From NCBI GenBank assembly GCA_030704615.1, contig CM060732.1, positions 20,770,001 to 20,834,000 of the forward strand: a DNA stretch of 64,000 bases. The letters are read 5' to 3'. This document shows positions 22,666 through 36,219 of the stretch, one piece after another. The position numbers were made by a program, and so were the translations under genes. The stretch comes from Takakia lepidozioides. Taxonomy: Eukaryota > Plantae > Bryophyta. The notes beneath the pieces were generated by a model. That model was not told the origin of the DNA and did not search any database. It worked only from the letters and a program-made list of their open reading frames with translations. Each line of letters begins with the position of its first letter. The first letter of the stretch is position 1.

Positions 22666-22790
22666 CCACCTGTCATAGGAAATAGAATTTTACTTACTTA
22701 AAACGAGAGCTTTGCGTAGCCCGCTCTACTGAGAACAAAGTCTAGACAGATAGATGGGATATATTCAACTTTTATGAAAAGACAAAACAC

Positions 22791-22972
22791 GCCACCCTGA
22801 TGATTCTGGGTCAAATCTTGCAACTACGGTATTATCTTCTCCGCAGTTCCTGGGTGGTGCCCATTCCTACACCTCATGGCACGGTTACTGTGAAAGAGGT
22901 TATTTCTTTATTTCCTCCTCTCACTACTAAGAGGCCTGATTTGTAAACTGTCGCTCCCAGGTGTTTCCCTTT
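22791..22972 (+). mobile_element. 5'-truncated copy of tRNA-derived SINE family A
   Basis: Colinear with 48357-48535: GCCACC..GATGATTCTGGG..TCAAATC … GTGAAAGAG … CTCCTCTCACTA.TAAG.GGCCTGATTTGT..CTGTCGCTCCCA.GTGTTTCC. Confidence 0.8.
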
Positions 22973-25069
22973 GGATAAAAAAAAAAAAAACAAAAAAATC
23001 GAGAAACCCAAGCCTTCCATAGCACCCAGACACTAAGCCTAAAAAGAAACAACAAGTACCCACGCACACATGGCACTCCCAACACTGAGCTCAATTCCAC
23101 ACAACAGCAATCAAGCACCACACACACTACACCGTATTATGGATGTTGTTTTGGAAATGGATCCATTCTTCGATCGTTTATGCAATCTCTGGCAGATGAT
23201 GTGTATCGGGAATGTGTGGGATTTACTTACCAACTCAGCTACTGACTCTTAGTCAATATTAAAATAAGAACCAGAATCGAGCCAGAACCAGTGTTTTTTT
23301 TTTCATATTTTCAAAATCGCATGTGAACTCTACCCAGTGCCCATGTGGCGAGAATATCGAGGTGACAGAGTTAGAAAAGTGGCTATATTCTAGGTGGCAC
23401 GTTTTAACTGGTCCACGTCGGCAAGATTAGGCTCCTGAAATTTATCTGCTAATGCTTTTTGGCGAAAATTTCGGATTTTACCCCCCATAATTCCTTTGTA
23501 CAAGTAGCTTGGTTTGCATATTTCTGCTTCCATGGACACCCCACCGCACCATCCCCTACATGCGTCCAGAAAGTTTGAACTATGGCACATCAATTTGGCT
23601 GATAAATCCTCCATGAAGCTTGGCAAGATAATACAGCCACAAGGGCCCCCCTCCATGAGCGCCCCTGTAATCAACCACATTTTCCCTCCATAGTTCTCTG
23701 TTTGAATAAGTTTGGATGCCTGACAGACTTACATCCCATTCAATAAAATACATTTCTGAGTATGTCAGCACTCGACCAAAAAGATGCTTCAACAGATCAA
23801 ACCATGAGGTGGCGAGGGTAAACCTACATAGAAGAACACATCTATATGCTGTGACTCTTCACAGTTTTCCAGCTTCCAATTGGACTGCCAGAACCTATGA
23901 GAGAGGCTTTCTCAAAGGGGGTTATGCACATGCAAGATGTACCAAATCGTCTTTAGGCACTGGTGTCATGGGAGGACTCACTGTTGGAGGGCTGAAGGTT
24001 GGCATGGGTAACGGAAGCCCCAACTCCAACTGGTAGTACAAGTAGGCATCAAATGGCAATCTTTTAACCTAGAGCTGTTCCAAAATGTTGATCCCATACC
24101 ATTCATTTGGAAACCCAGTGAATAGTGATAACCCCTGATAAAATCCAAGTGCCCTTTGATCGTTTGTGCTTGATGGCCCCTGTCACAATGATTCACACAG
24201 ACCCCATCCAACTTTCAGTACAAATAGTCTTCTATCAGGCTTATGTAAAATTCTGTGTGATGGGAGGAAGCCAGACACACCTGACAAGCTGCGGATCACA
24301 GGAAATCGGTCACCCAGTTGCTTTAGCTTCCCCTGTATCCCCATGAACACAGAGTGTTGCGGAGCAAGTGCCCCTTTCGCAGCCTGGGCTTGATTGATCA
24401 CCTCATCCATCTGCCCCCAACCACAATCACAAGCAATTAAACCACAGGCAATTACTCATCATAAGTCCAGCTGAAATTCTTTCTTCCTCTACTGTGTGTG
24501 ATTGCCACTGCAATTGCAGCCACATAAGCCACGTCTGTGTTCACTTACAGCGTTCAATGGTTGTGTTGGACTGCATACAGTGAGACCATGGATCGGCACG
24601 AAAATAAAAGTCCAACTCTTCTGAGTTGACCCTTCATAGAAAACAAATTTAGAATGCAGTTGAGCTGATCCACCACATTGACATGTATTGAGGCTCAACT
24701 ACAGTACAACTGACAGCTCTTGGTGACCTGGCATATACCGCATCGAGCAATAATCTGAATACCTAGTGCAAAATACTAACAATTTGTCTTGCATCGTCAT
24801 AGTATACTGAACTGCTCAATAAGAAAAAGCTTGCGAGGTGTGATGATGCCAATTGAGATCACCGGCTGTACGTATGTCAAGGTCTCAGACAGTGGCAACA
24901 CTTGCCTGTATGCACTTGTGACCATGACTAGGCTCAGCCTGCCTAGCCAAACAGGCATGCAACCCATTTTGCCCAGAATAATTCGCCCAGAGCAATCTGG
25001 TACAAGTGCTTTTGGCCTTGACTGCCTTTCCTCAGAAAAAGGAAAAAGGAAAGTTGGTGAAAGAGATGC

Positions 25070-26300
25070 AGGGCCAGTGTCACTCCCCAGGATCCTCCCA
25101 TCACCATCCATCTGCATTCATCTCACCGTTCAGATCAGGGTTCTCCTCCACACAAACTGTTGGTAAGGAGCACATACTGTTAACCTTCATGTGAAATAAT
25201 GTGCCATGCAAGATCAAATGAGCTCCTATCCTGATCCCAATTTCCAACAACCTTTATTGGACAGCATGCATCCACATTTCGGCCATGTTAAATGAAGACA
25301 CAGAAACAGCTACCAGGTGCACTCTATCAGAAAAACTTATTTGCAGAGCATAGGTTCCTGCAAGCTCTCCTGCAATCCAGTATTACTCCATTCAAGCCCA
25401 TCCCATGGCTTCCCAACAATAATCCGTGAGCAGTGGACATGCTACAAATTCAAGAGTTGGCTAAGCCCTCTATACCATCGTGTAGTACAACAAGTTTGAT
25501 AACAGACTTGCTACAATTTTAAGAGTCAACTAAGCCTTCATACTACATGCCATAGGACATGTTTGGCAGATGTTCTGCCCTTGTCCACATATTATGGAAT
25601 ATTCCTTATTCAGTACTTGAAGGGGGAGAGAGAGGCGGGTGCTGGAGGGGGGAGAGATAGAGGAACATGCATTGAGTGTTCCCTGTGAAAGTCGGGCATG
25701 ACAAACCCATGAGGACAATCCTCACAAAATAGTAACTCATCTGAGCTGGTCATGCAGTTTTCACCCACTAGGGTACGAGATCTGCTTGGAAGTAGTGCCA
25801 ATACAGTTCCTGTAAAAGTCAATCAAGGGCTGGCAACAGCATCATACTAGAAAGGATCGGTCAATCCAGTGCTGCTTTGGTATATCTTCACAAGACTCTA
25901 TGTGCATTATGGAGAGAAATGAAATGAAATGGTGCTTTATAACGTCCGCGGAAAGCTCATAGAGCTTATGGGACAAAATGGAAGGAAGAACATGAGAGAA
26001 AATAGGAAAACCAGAGTCAGAGAAAAGAACTATTGTTCGAGTGATTGTCTAAGGGTGAATGAGAGAGAGAATGAAAGATTACTTGGTTACTCCTAGGTGC
26101 AGTCTGAGTTTCTGTATGTCAGCCACCAGTTGTGTTCTCCTCGAGACACCCCCGTGGGCTGGACTTCCCACATGCTCTCTGATCAAATAGCACAATTCGA
26201 TAATGTTGTGGATCGAACATGCCTGTCTGAGCATCCAGCACCTGGACCTCCATGAAGGACTGTTCCACAAGCGCATAGAACAACGTGTTACCTTCTGCAT
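25070..26300 (-). pseudogene. PIP: Proline iminopeptidase (S33 alpha/beta hydrolase) pseudogene, N-terminal half
   Basis: VLHGGPGAGC (26254-26240), FDPQHYRIVLFDQRACGKS.PRGCLEENTT, LVADIQKLRLHLGV, and next exon WMVMGGSWGVTLAL (nucleophile elbow, 25111-25070). The pieces lie in different frames. Confidence 0.82.
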
Positions 26301-26539
26301 ATCATCTCACATTTTTTGACAGTGCAACAGACATAAGGGTGCTTGTGCAGAGTGTGTAGAGTACTGGCACCACCTTACACTCAGGAACTACTTGAAGATG
26401 AGAATAATGTAGACAGCCAGATCAAACTCACTTTCATCTTCCACCCTCAAAGGAGCTCCACAATCCACACCAGAATGACAACCACATTCTGATCTCTCTC
26501 CACCAGAAGCGGACTGTTGTTGACCGTGTGTCAAGGCAA

Positions 26540-26978
26540 TTAGCTTATCTTTCACCCACGGAGAATTCAACCAACTCTCGCTCCAAAGGACCTCTTGGTT
26601 GCACAGTACGTCAGTCTGCATATTTTGGAGTCGTATGTGAGAACCACCAGGATAGAGCTGAGTAACCACAGCTTTGTAAAACTAAACGGAACCGCCAACC
26701 CGCTCAAGTATCTTGCAAGTTCCAGGGAAAGATCCTACTTTAATGCCATGCTTGGGAAGAAAACACTGCGATATCCACGAAGGGAGACTGTAACTCAACG
26801 CAACGAATAGGGGTACATTCCAACTCACAAAAATATGTTGCTCCCGAGTCAGTCCCTCCTTGACAGACTCCTTCGCATCCTACATGAAGAAAGCGCACCT
26901 TGTGAGCACTGTAGTCCAGCCATTGTGAAGGATCTTTAAAGAACTCCTGCCAGCGCTGTCCCATGCTCCAGCGTTGAT
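26540..26978 (-). pseudogene. Degenerate OSB-type PDF motif split by an intron
   Basis: Exon WQEFFKDPSQWLDYSAHK|gt, then TPKYAD*… and NQEVLWSESWLNSPWVKDKL. This resembles the recalled PDF consensus W..FF..P..WWDNR..K.NP..PDFKH..T.EALWL….P.WV…L. Confidence 0.6.
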
Positions 26979-27385
26979 CTACGTGCCGGACATACCAAAA
27001 GCTTCAAGAGGCAAGAGTGAGTACACCTAAGACATTAAAACTGTTCGTCGAACCTCCTGCATTCTTATTCAACTGCAAATCTGTAAGCGAGAACCAGTTG
27101 CACCGGTGTCGTTGCATCCGATTCATTCCAATGGGGGTATCTGGGAATTGAATCTCTCCTCGACGAATTTGGTTGTGGGAGTGGATTGTAGAGCATAGGC
27201 TGGGAGTCCTCAGACTGCAGCCAGTCCCCATTTTGAAATGGAAAAAGGTTCCGCAGCATCCACCGATGATGTGGCATGACGACGACGTGGCGTGACGATG
27301 GGCGTGGCTACGATGACGTTGCACTATGGCACCCTATTCCTGGCACCCTATTCCTGCTCTACGCTAAACTAGTCTCCGACCTTCA

Positions 27386-27597
27386 GTCGTCGCTAGAATA
27401 AGCTTAAGGTAAGATCGATCTTAAAGTGGAAGGAAAGCGTCGTCGCTAGAATAAGCTTAAGGTAAGATCGATCTTAAAGTGGAAGGAAAGCGTCGTCGCT
27501 AGAATAAGCTTAAGGTAAGATCGATCTTAAAGTGGAAGGAAAGCGTCGTCGCTAGAATAAGCTTAAAGTAAGATCGATCTTAAAGTGGAAGGAAAGC
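27386..27597. repeat. Tandem minisatellite, 4 x 53 bp
   Basis: Unit GTCGTCGCTAGAATAAGCTTAAGGTAAGATCGATCTTAAAGTGGAAGGAAAGC at 27386, 27439, 27492 and 27545; one G>A in copy 4. Confidence 0.97.
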
Positions 27598-28256
27598 GCT
27601 GATTACCAATTTGGGTGGTGAATAAGGCCGTGAATAAGCAGCTGACGAAGAATTATTGTAGTTTAGTGGCTGAGAGCTGCAGCTCAGATGATTACTATAA
27701 GAAGCCGTGTTGCATTAACACAAATGCGAAGCCTTGCAAAAGATGCATGACCCTTGCTATTTCTATCACACATCTTGTGGCGAGTTGCCAAGGGAAGGAG
27801 TGAATGTTAGGGGCTTTCTTCAGACTCTGTATCCCTGGAAGGAGGCAAAGCACAGACGACCTGTTCAAGAAACCATATCCCTTCAATCAAAATCAACTTC
27901 TCACATGGGAATTCCCAGGGCACTATCAATGCTCTAGAAGTTCATTACACCTACATTATCACAGCACTTCCACAGAGCTGGGACCTTCTTTGAGAATTCC
28001 CATCTCTAACAGCCAGGACAGGACTGTGTCATCCTCTGATTGGAACTAAAAGAGGGGCCCGGTGTCACAGACTGGATCTAGTGCTATGTAGACACACCAC
28101 ACTGCAATCTAGCATAGCTGAGCTTTTCCAGAACACCTTAGCATACTTCTAGTCCATCGCGGTGTAATCTTCATCCTCCTTTGATTGGCGGTTCCCTCAT
28201 ACAAGAGGAGATACACAATGGTATTTTGGAAAGACAGAAATTTTGGCTGATGACTT

Positions 28257-31200
28257 TTAAGTCCGCAACGCCTGCTGTAACTGTCGCACTTGTTGACGTT
28301 GATCAGGGGGCAGTGAATTTATTTGATCAGGCGTGAGACTCAGAACCTGTTGCAGCAAGGCCTTCTGCTGCTCCAGCTCTCCAGGTACCTATCATTAAGC
28401 CACCAGTTGATAGACATTGGTCAACTTACCATGCTTTATCAACTTCCTCTGCCCCACCCTCCCCTCTCTCTCTCCCCCCTCCCGGCCACCAACATCCTCA
28501 AGCACAAAACAAAATACTCCTTTGCCTTGAGGCAATTTGTTGCAATTCTGCCTGGCTCCCAGGGAAACACGGAGTTAGTAGATGCCAGTGCTTGAAATTC
28601 CAGTCAGGGGTAAAATGAATAGTATTGCTGATCCTGGAAGCCAAGCCATGTGATCATGGAACTGTCATATAGGGCCAAATGCAAGAAAATCTCGAGATCA
28701 AATTATCGCATTGCCAGATTGACAGGATAGGACACATGTCCAAAACTTAACCATTTCACAAACATGAAGTGCAAGTTGAAGAGCTCAACTCATGCTCTGA
28801 CACACGTTCTGCACTGGCTAGATTCAAGAGACATCCCTAAACTCTCACGCACATTCATCCAGAGATATCAAAGCACACACCATTTTGTAGAGCAATAACA
28901 CTTGCTGGAGCGACAAATCTTTCTTGGAAGTGGTGTGATATTCTTTATTGACAGACTTATCACAAAATGATAGGTGTGTGTAGGGGGGCAAAGCGCATCT
29001 GAGGAGAAGGAAAACACACACATATCAATAATGTAGTGTTCCGAAGACTTGGGATCTACAGAGAAAGCCCATATGATCCTTAACACGTGGGTGTTGTCAA
29101 ACCAGAACCACCCCAGTCCCATGAATGCTAACGCCTTCCAGTTCCATTGGCCCTTAAGGTTTAGGTAGGTGATAAAGATAATCCTCTGACTTCCGACACT
29201 ATCCAACCATAGTACCTGAGGTTGCTGCTGGGAAGGTGGCGGTGCTTGGTGGGACACTTGCCCATATCCCTGTGGCTGAATTGGAGACCCACCTGCCCTT
29301 AAGCCCCCATCTGCAGGGCCGGTTGAGCCCCCACCAATGGACGTCACATAACCGGGCCTGGGGGTACTATCAGTAGGGGCTCCCATCCCTGGAAGCCCAC
29401 TTGGCATCAGTGCACCAAGGGATCCCAAGTTTCCCATGGGATGGCCAGCACCCATTGGGCCAATGCCATGCATAACCCCCCCAACCATACCCCCAACGGG
29501 CCCACTTGAAGTAAGTGGGGCTTGGTTGATGGGTACACCAGGGACCATTCCACCCATCAGCCCTCCTGACTGTGACATGCTAGGACCTCTCCCCACCTGA
29601 GATGTGCCCCCAGCTAACAGTCCAGGACCAGTAGGCAATACTCCCCCAGTGGCAGTCGGCAGGCTGGCCTGACCCATAGCTCCCACTCCCATATTTGACG
29701 GCATCATCTGCAGTCAACTTTGAAAGCTTGGTCAAGGCCACATAGGAGTAAGTAATTCCTCCAGATCTTCCAGAATGCTTTGATTACAAGCATACAGGCC
29801 TTATTGAACCGCAGAGAAGTTGAAGCCTAGTGCACCTCTGGCAAGCTGTTGCAACAAACTGAAAGCTTCAACTCCCATTATTGAACAGCTCACAATGCTT
29901 TACTTTCAAGATACTCTAACTCTTTCAAGCACAGTTTCCAGAGAATTCCAGAGTTTGCTGTTCTCCGTACCTGATACTGTTGTTGCTGAGGTGGGGGCTG
30001 GCTTGGAGGAGGAGGTAAGCCATGTTGTGGGTATGCCATGGCAATCCCACTGTTTTGTATCCCTCCTTGTTGCTGCCACATTCCCCCCAAACAAATTCAA
30101 CGACAGTGGCAACTACTCGAGTAGGAAAGGAGGAAGAAGATGAGATACAAAGAGAGATGGAGAGATCTGGCAAAGGATATAAATACCTGGAACGGTGGCT
30201 GTGACAGTGGCTGCTGCTGAGCTGGTGCAGATTGGTAAGTAATTGGTTGTTGGGGGTTTGCCTGCTGGACCTGACCTTGGACACCTGTAGGTCCTGGTCT
30301 CGGCTGTGGGGGCAAAGGCGGTTGCGTCATCAAGTTGGTTGGAAGAGGATGGGGCCCCCGCTGTGGTTGCGGTTGAGAGGCTTGCATATTATTATGGAAC
30401 TGGTTCTGCAATCAATCCAAGCTAACCTGAGTGAGTATTATGTGACTGATGGGCAAATCGACAACAGAGCAATCAGGAACAATACATTGGCGAGGACCAA
30501 GTCGACATGCAAGAATTCATTACAACCGTCCAACACAATGTCTTGCAGGTTGGTGAGAAACCGTAGATCTTTTTACAGCCACGTATCTGTCTGGTGTGTG
30601 CTACTTCCAGATTGAGGGCAGCTGATTAAAGCCCATTATGCCTCATTTCAAGAAAATTGCCAGCTTGAAATAATCTCACGTGTCTGAATTAATCTGTAAT
30701 GTTTAAAGGACCAGGGAGACACATACCATTTGAGGAGGACGCACCATCCCCAACATAATCTGTGCCTGCATTGCCCAAAAATGTATTGGCACAGAGGGGG
30801 TCACTTTCTGCATACTGCTCAATATCTATAGACAAAAGATCTGGAAAACTTGACTGTGGTGTCATCTACTGGTCGAGACCATGGAAAAGTCGTGCCACAC
30901 CATATGACACATGCAATCAGAGCTCACAGGCCGATAAACTCAAACTTGGCAATGGAGGCCATCACAAACTGGCAATTTGAACCAGAACAGCTTCAAGAAA
31001 AGAGGAGGCTTGTACAGCTGGCCAGTATGGAGCTCAATAATAACCATCTACCAAAAGAGAGAATAAACATGAAAGAATTCTGGTTGACTGCAGAAACAGG
31101 GATTGAGGAACATGTGAGTCTCCAGAGACGAAGTATTTAAACATCAAGTGCCACATTTACAAGTGAGTCTCCTGAACACATGTGAGTATCAACAATTGGA

Positions 31201-33717
31201 GACTTTTAAGTAGAAGTTCACATTCTGGCAGACTCGTTATAATCAGTGCATTACATCACACCCCAAACACTGTGTTATAAGGGGTGTAATATGAACTATT
31301 CCACGGACAGCCACAAGAACAATGCCCTGCATCCTATGAAAACTCAGGGACTTGAACCATTCAAGGGCTGTCCTAGAGACCTTGCTGCAACCTTATTGGA
31401 TTCATAACTCCTGCTATTATAAGACCATGTAGAAGTACACTGCATCCTTAACCACAGAAGTGACAGGATAATAGGAAACCTGAAAGAGAGCTTTACTGAG
31501 CTGAGGGTTCGCCATAAGAATCTGTCGAGCTTGCTGTTGGTTTTGTTGTAGAAATGCCTGCATCCTCATATTCCACATTCGTACTTGAGTTTGTATCCCA
31601 AATCCACAACTTTGGCTAATGACTAATAAACATCTACAAAGCTAAACTGAAGCTCAGACCAGGCAGTTGATCAATAGAACACAAACTTGAGAAGAATAGT
31701 CTTTCAGAGAGAAAGAAACAGAGAGAGAGAGAGTATACACCTTCATTTGCACCATGACGTCATAAAGTTGGTGCTTAGACATCCCAGCCAAATGATTGGT
31801 CAGAGCATCATTGCCTCCTGCTCCGGCTGCACTCCCATTGGCCAAAGGAATGGAATGTCCATTCATGGCCATGCCAAACTGGAAACGAAGCACATCACAA
31901 TGGAGAGAAGTATTACACATGCATCATACCCACTGTGCAAACTTTCATGGCTCTCTTGCTTCGTACAATACTGCAAACAGAGGTACACAGTAGAAGGCCA
32001 ATACCTGTTGTTGGGTGCCTCCCAAGGCACCTGCCATGAATGCAGCTGCAGATGCAGCAGCACCGTGACCTATTGGGGGCTCCCCACCTCTCTCCCCTTC
32101 AGTTACTCCTCCCGTGTGACCTGCCCCTGCTTGCCTCTGTGCATCTGCAGCCATCAACAGCAGACATCCCTCGTGTTTGGTATAAGCATCGCACTCAAAC
32201 CTCTGCTCTCCTTCACACATACAGGATGGCAGCAAGACAACCTTTTAGACCATTCTTGCCATCATGGTAAACCTATCCTCATCCTGTTTAGCAGCATTTG
32301 GCAAAGACACAGCAGCCCCCCTCACCAACTTGTTATGAACAAATGAAAGAAAGCACTATGTAAAGACAGAGTTGTAACTCGGAGTCTGCCATTAGATCAA
32401 GAATGAACACAGCTCATTTATACTCATATGGATTGTATATCGAGCATTGAAAGACAGGAACCATAGACTGACCAGCACTGAACCCACTTGATGGTAGTCC
32501 TGGCCCACCTCTCCCCTGCAAAGTACATCCCTCGAGCATATCAGCATCGGCCTAAAGTGCAACAATTGGAGATGTTTTGAAACAGGACAAAAAAATGAGA
32601 GAAGCCATATCCAATGGTTGTTCAAATGGCATGGTCTTCCCTGTGCAACTAGTGTTGGATATTCTCAGTTATCTCCCATGGGAAGTTTGTAGCAGAACCT
32701 TCCCAGGAGAATGGGTTCAATTAGCTGGTCGAGTGATAAATGGCAGGCATCGATGTTAGTAATGGTACAGGGCAAACCACGATGGTTCCTCCTTCGAGTT
32801 GTTGCTATATATCTCTTTAAGTTTAGCACTGCTCATGATCGTGAAAGAAGGATGAAAGTACCTGATCTCTGCCTCGGTCCCCACCACCTCCTTTCTCGTT
32901 CTCAGCAAAGTCCACTCGAAGCTGGCGACCGTTGATCTCATAGCCTTGAAGGTTTCGTCGTGCACTAAGAGCTGTTTCCTCGTCTCTAAACTCACAAAAC
33001 CCATACCCCTTGGGCTTGCCTGTATCCCTGTCCAAAACAAGCCTGACAAAAACAGACAAGAACAGGTTAGACTTTTAGTACCATTTGCAAACGATACAGA
33101 CCTGCTTCCAACCACTACATGTTTGAAAGTGCGTTCTATTAGGTGATAACCAGCAATCTTTTGGCAAGTCATTTCTCCTCTTACAACTAGCAACTCCCCC
33201 ATTCAACTACACCAGACTGCACTCGTGAACAGGACTTCAACTGCAAGACCATTCCTAGAGTCTGGCAACTCTGGCAGTGGCTACAAGGATTACGTAAACC
33301 TGGCAAGGATGAGTAACCCACCAAAGTGGCCTTGTTACTGCTTTCGTGCAGAGGAAGATTTCTAGGGTTACAGCGGGGATGAACACAAGCGCATGAGCCA
33401 GAGAAACAGAAACGAAGACAAACACACGCAAACAAGAACGCTCACCGAAAGTTGACTACAGGGCCCACTTCTTCACAAATGTGAACTAGCTGCTCCTCCG
33501 TTGCATCATAAGGTATGTTGCCCACTGCAAATAAACGCCACAATCACTGAACAAAGAGTCCTACTTTTTCCTTCCGACAGAAAGCAAACTACTTTGCTCC
33601 CCCCACCATTTTTCCAGAGGCGAAACAAAGCTATCTCAGTTGCAAAAAAATTCTCAGCATGTGAGGATACAATTGTCCCTAAACCAGTGTAGAGGCAGCA
33701 CGAACAGGAGAGAGAAG

Positions 33718-33775
<58 letters not shown>

Positions 33776-33814
33776 AAAAACACAACGAGAAGCTCGATGT
33801 TGCGTGCTGCTCAT
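28257..33814 (-). CDS. CSTF64: Cleavage stimulation factor 64 kDa subunit (multi-exon)
   Basis: RRM ([17 protein letters not shown]…[25 protein letters not shown]…LRVDFA), hinge ([17 protein letters not shown]…[26 protein letters not shown]), Pro/Gly/Gln-rich middle and C-terminal domain ([24 protein letters not shown]). GT-AG junctions. Confidence 0.95.
33721..33772. repeat. (AG)26 microsatellite at the start of CSTF64 intron 1
   Basis: Perfect dinucleotide run directly after the GT donor (minus strand TTTG|gtctctct…). Confidence 0.95.
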
Positions 33815-34199
33815 TGCTGTGGGTAGAAGACCCCGTACAAATGGGCCCGGCTGTTGCTCATAGCAAGCGCTCTCAATGCTTCTACCTCGTGTGGGCGATG
33901 CTGCCCTCGCTCCTTGACGCTTCTCTCTTCCTTGTCACCGCAGCCGTCCTGCTCCTCTACTTGTGATTTCGGTTGTGTGTGCGCACAGGGGATTCATCCA
34001 TCCAACACTCATCCTCGGGACTGAACTTTGATGCTCAGGTTGGGTTTTAGTTTTTACTACACAACACAACACAATCACCGATGTCTGATGAGAACCCACC
34101 TTGCAATTTGCAGAGAAATTGCCAAGACAGCCCTCAATCTGCAGTGACTGGAAGAAACACCGAGAATGCTTTGCGCATTGCGGTGAGCATCGTTCCTTG

Positions 34200-35300
34200 T
34201 GAAAGATTGTGTCTATGCATGTAGCTTTGTTAATCTAGAAGTTCCATGGAGGTCAGGCGGGCTTTGCAGGAAACCCCACCTGTGTGGATGTGAAAATGGC
34301 TTACGACTTGAACTATGGGCTTCTGGGGGATGTGGAGGAGGTTCACGAACTGTATCCGAACACCAGAAGTTGTGTTATGGTTGATGGCGAAAAGTCTAAT
34401 TTCTTTGACATCGATCGAGGTGTAGCTCAAGCTTGACTCTCTCCCCTCTGCTCTTCAATGCTTTCAGTAATCAGCTACTTGAATACTTGAAGATGTGGAA
34501 AGTGAGGGATTTGGGTTGAAGGTGGGTGATGCCACCATATCAGCAGCTCTCATGTTCGCGGATGACTTGGGGGGCCTAGGGGATACCCTTCCAGTCTTCA
34601 GGAGTTGATGTTTGTGCGAAGAGGTACGTCGATCTGTGTAGGCTAGAAGCCGATGTTAGTAAATGCGTGGTGGTGGCCTTCGATGATCGTGGGGAGGGAG
34701 GAGGGGATCTCAAATGGACATGGGACGTGTTGGATGGCAACTGCAACCATGCTAAGACCTTAGAATCCATTCAGCTTTCGGTGCCCAAAGAGAGCATGTC
34801 AGAGTGCTCTGGAACAGCTAACGTTGGCTGTTAGGGGCGAGTTCGGCGTACCACCCTTGAGCTCTTAACTTGACGAGTTAAAGGTCAGATGGTGGGGTCA
34901 GTTGAATCGCAGACACCGTAAGATGATCGACTCTAGTTCTTGGAAGACAGTCCTAGGCGAAAAGGGTAGTGGAGATTTTCAAGTACCTACCTGAATATTA
35001 GGCAGGAAGAGTAGATGAAGCTGATTGGAGGCTGAAGTGTCTAAGGCCATGTCGGAAGCACGACGAATGTCCGAACAAAACGAAGTTCGGCATAAAGCTT
35101 CCCTGAACTTGTTTCCAGTTCGTGACATCGTTGAGGACCTTCACTTAAGGGCCACCCGCGGCACTTTACTGAAATTTAAACTCGGGGCAGGGAACCCACC
35201 TTGAACGATAACAGATGCAGAGAGGAAGGGAGATGGTCAATGCCCGATGTGCAGGAGGCATGAAGACAATACCCATTCTGATACAATGCCCGAGGTATTC
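34200..35300 (+). mobile_element. Heavily decayed non-LTR retrotransposon fragment (RT + C-terminal zinc finger)
   Basis: LYPNTRSCVMVDGEKSNFFDIDRGVAQ, LSPLLFNAF, ALMFADD (~34550-34566), SKCVVV and CPMC…EDNTH…QCPRY (~35240-35300), scattered over frames. Boundaries are approximate. Confidence 0.7.
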
Positions 35301-36219
35301 TCGGAATAAAGTCCAGGCATCTCTGCCCACCAACTTTCAGAATCTTGAGGCTGAGCCTGAAGCCTTTGCGGGGGTCTATTTGCTGGGCAGCTCACACACA
35401 GCAGAGGAAATCTGGAACTAATTGTTGCAAGTTCCACTACTGCAGTGAGCCCCTCTACCTGTCGGTTCCCTCTTGTTCCGCCCAAACTGGGCGTTGAAGC
35501 TATGGCCACAAGGCTATGGCAAACAACGTCTTACACTCACATTGGAAGAGCTTTAGATCATGCTGTGGTGCAAGCCTAAACAACATCATTTTCGTTGTAG
35601 GACTGCCTTTGACGCTTCGTTTGGAGCTTTCCGCAAATATTCAAACATACAACTAGATTCAGTAGTACCACAAAGGAATCTCACATAACTTTCTCAGTCC
35701 AGTGCTAGTAGTGTTTCCTTCTGTTCATGTTGAAAGAACACACAGACAGAGTAGATCCAATTTCGAGGGCTGGAGTTTCTAGGGGCACCCCTACTGATGA
35801 TTGTTATCTAGCTCAATCATATACTCTCTAGAACACAGTGGAAAGAATAATTAGATGATCTCTGGGTGAATTGCTCCCACAAAGACAAATACAAGAATGA
35901 GCAATACATTGACAACAGGAACAGGTCGAGTTGAAAGTTGAAAGCTGCACTTATTCATCACTCAAAGAATTATTTACATATCACTTTCGGATACAAAAAA
36001 ATTGGGGTTGTTGTATTACTGTCTGTGACCTTGGAAGGACTGACTGTAGTACAAAGCTGAAGTAAAATTACATAAATTTAGCAAACCAGGAGATGCCTGG
36101 GAACCTGGTATTCCTTGGACTGACTTGAAGAGAAGAGTGAGAGAGGGATGGTTTCTCAAATTCAGCTGTAACTTCTAAGGCCACATAACTACAGTGCCAG
36201 GCCTTGGGAAATGGCCATT

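Noticed and set aside
23390-25060. C-terminal exons of the PIP pseudogene
   Set aside because: I could not find the catalytic Asp/His motifs, so the call stops at the GGSWG exon.
27386-27597. CRISPR-like array
   Set aside because: Units are head-to-tail with no variable spacers, there are no cas genes, and the context is eukaryotic.
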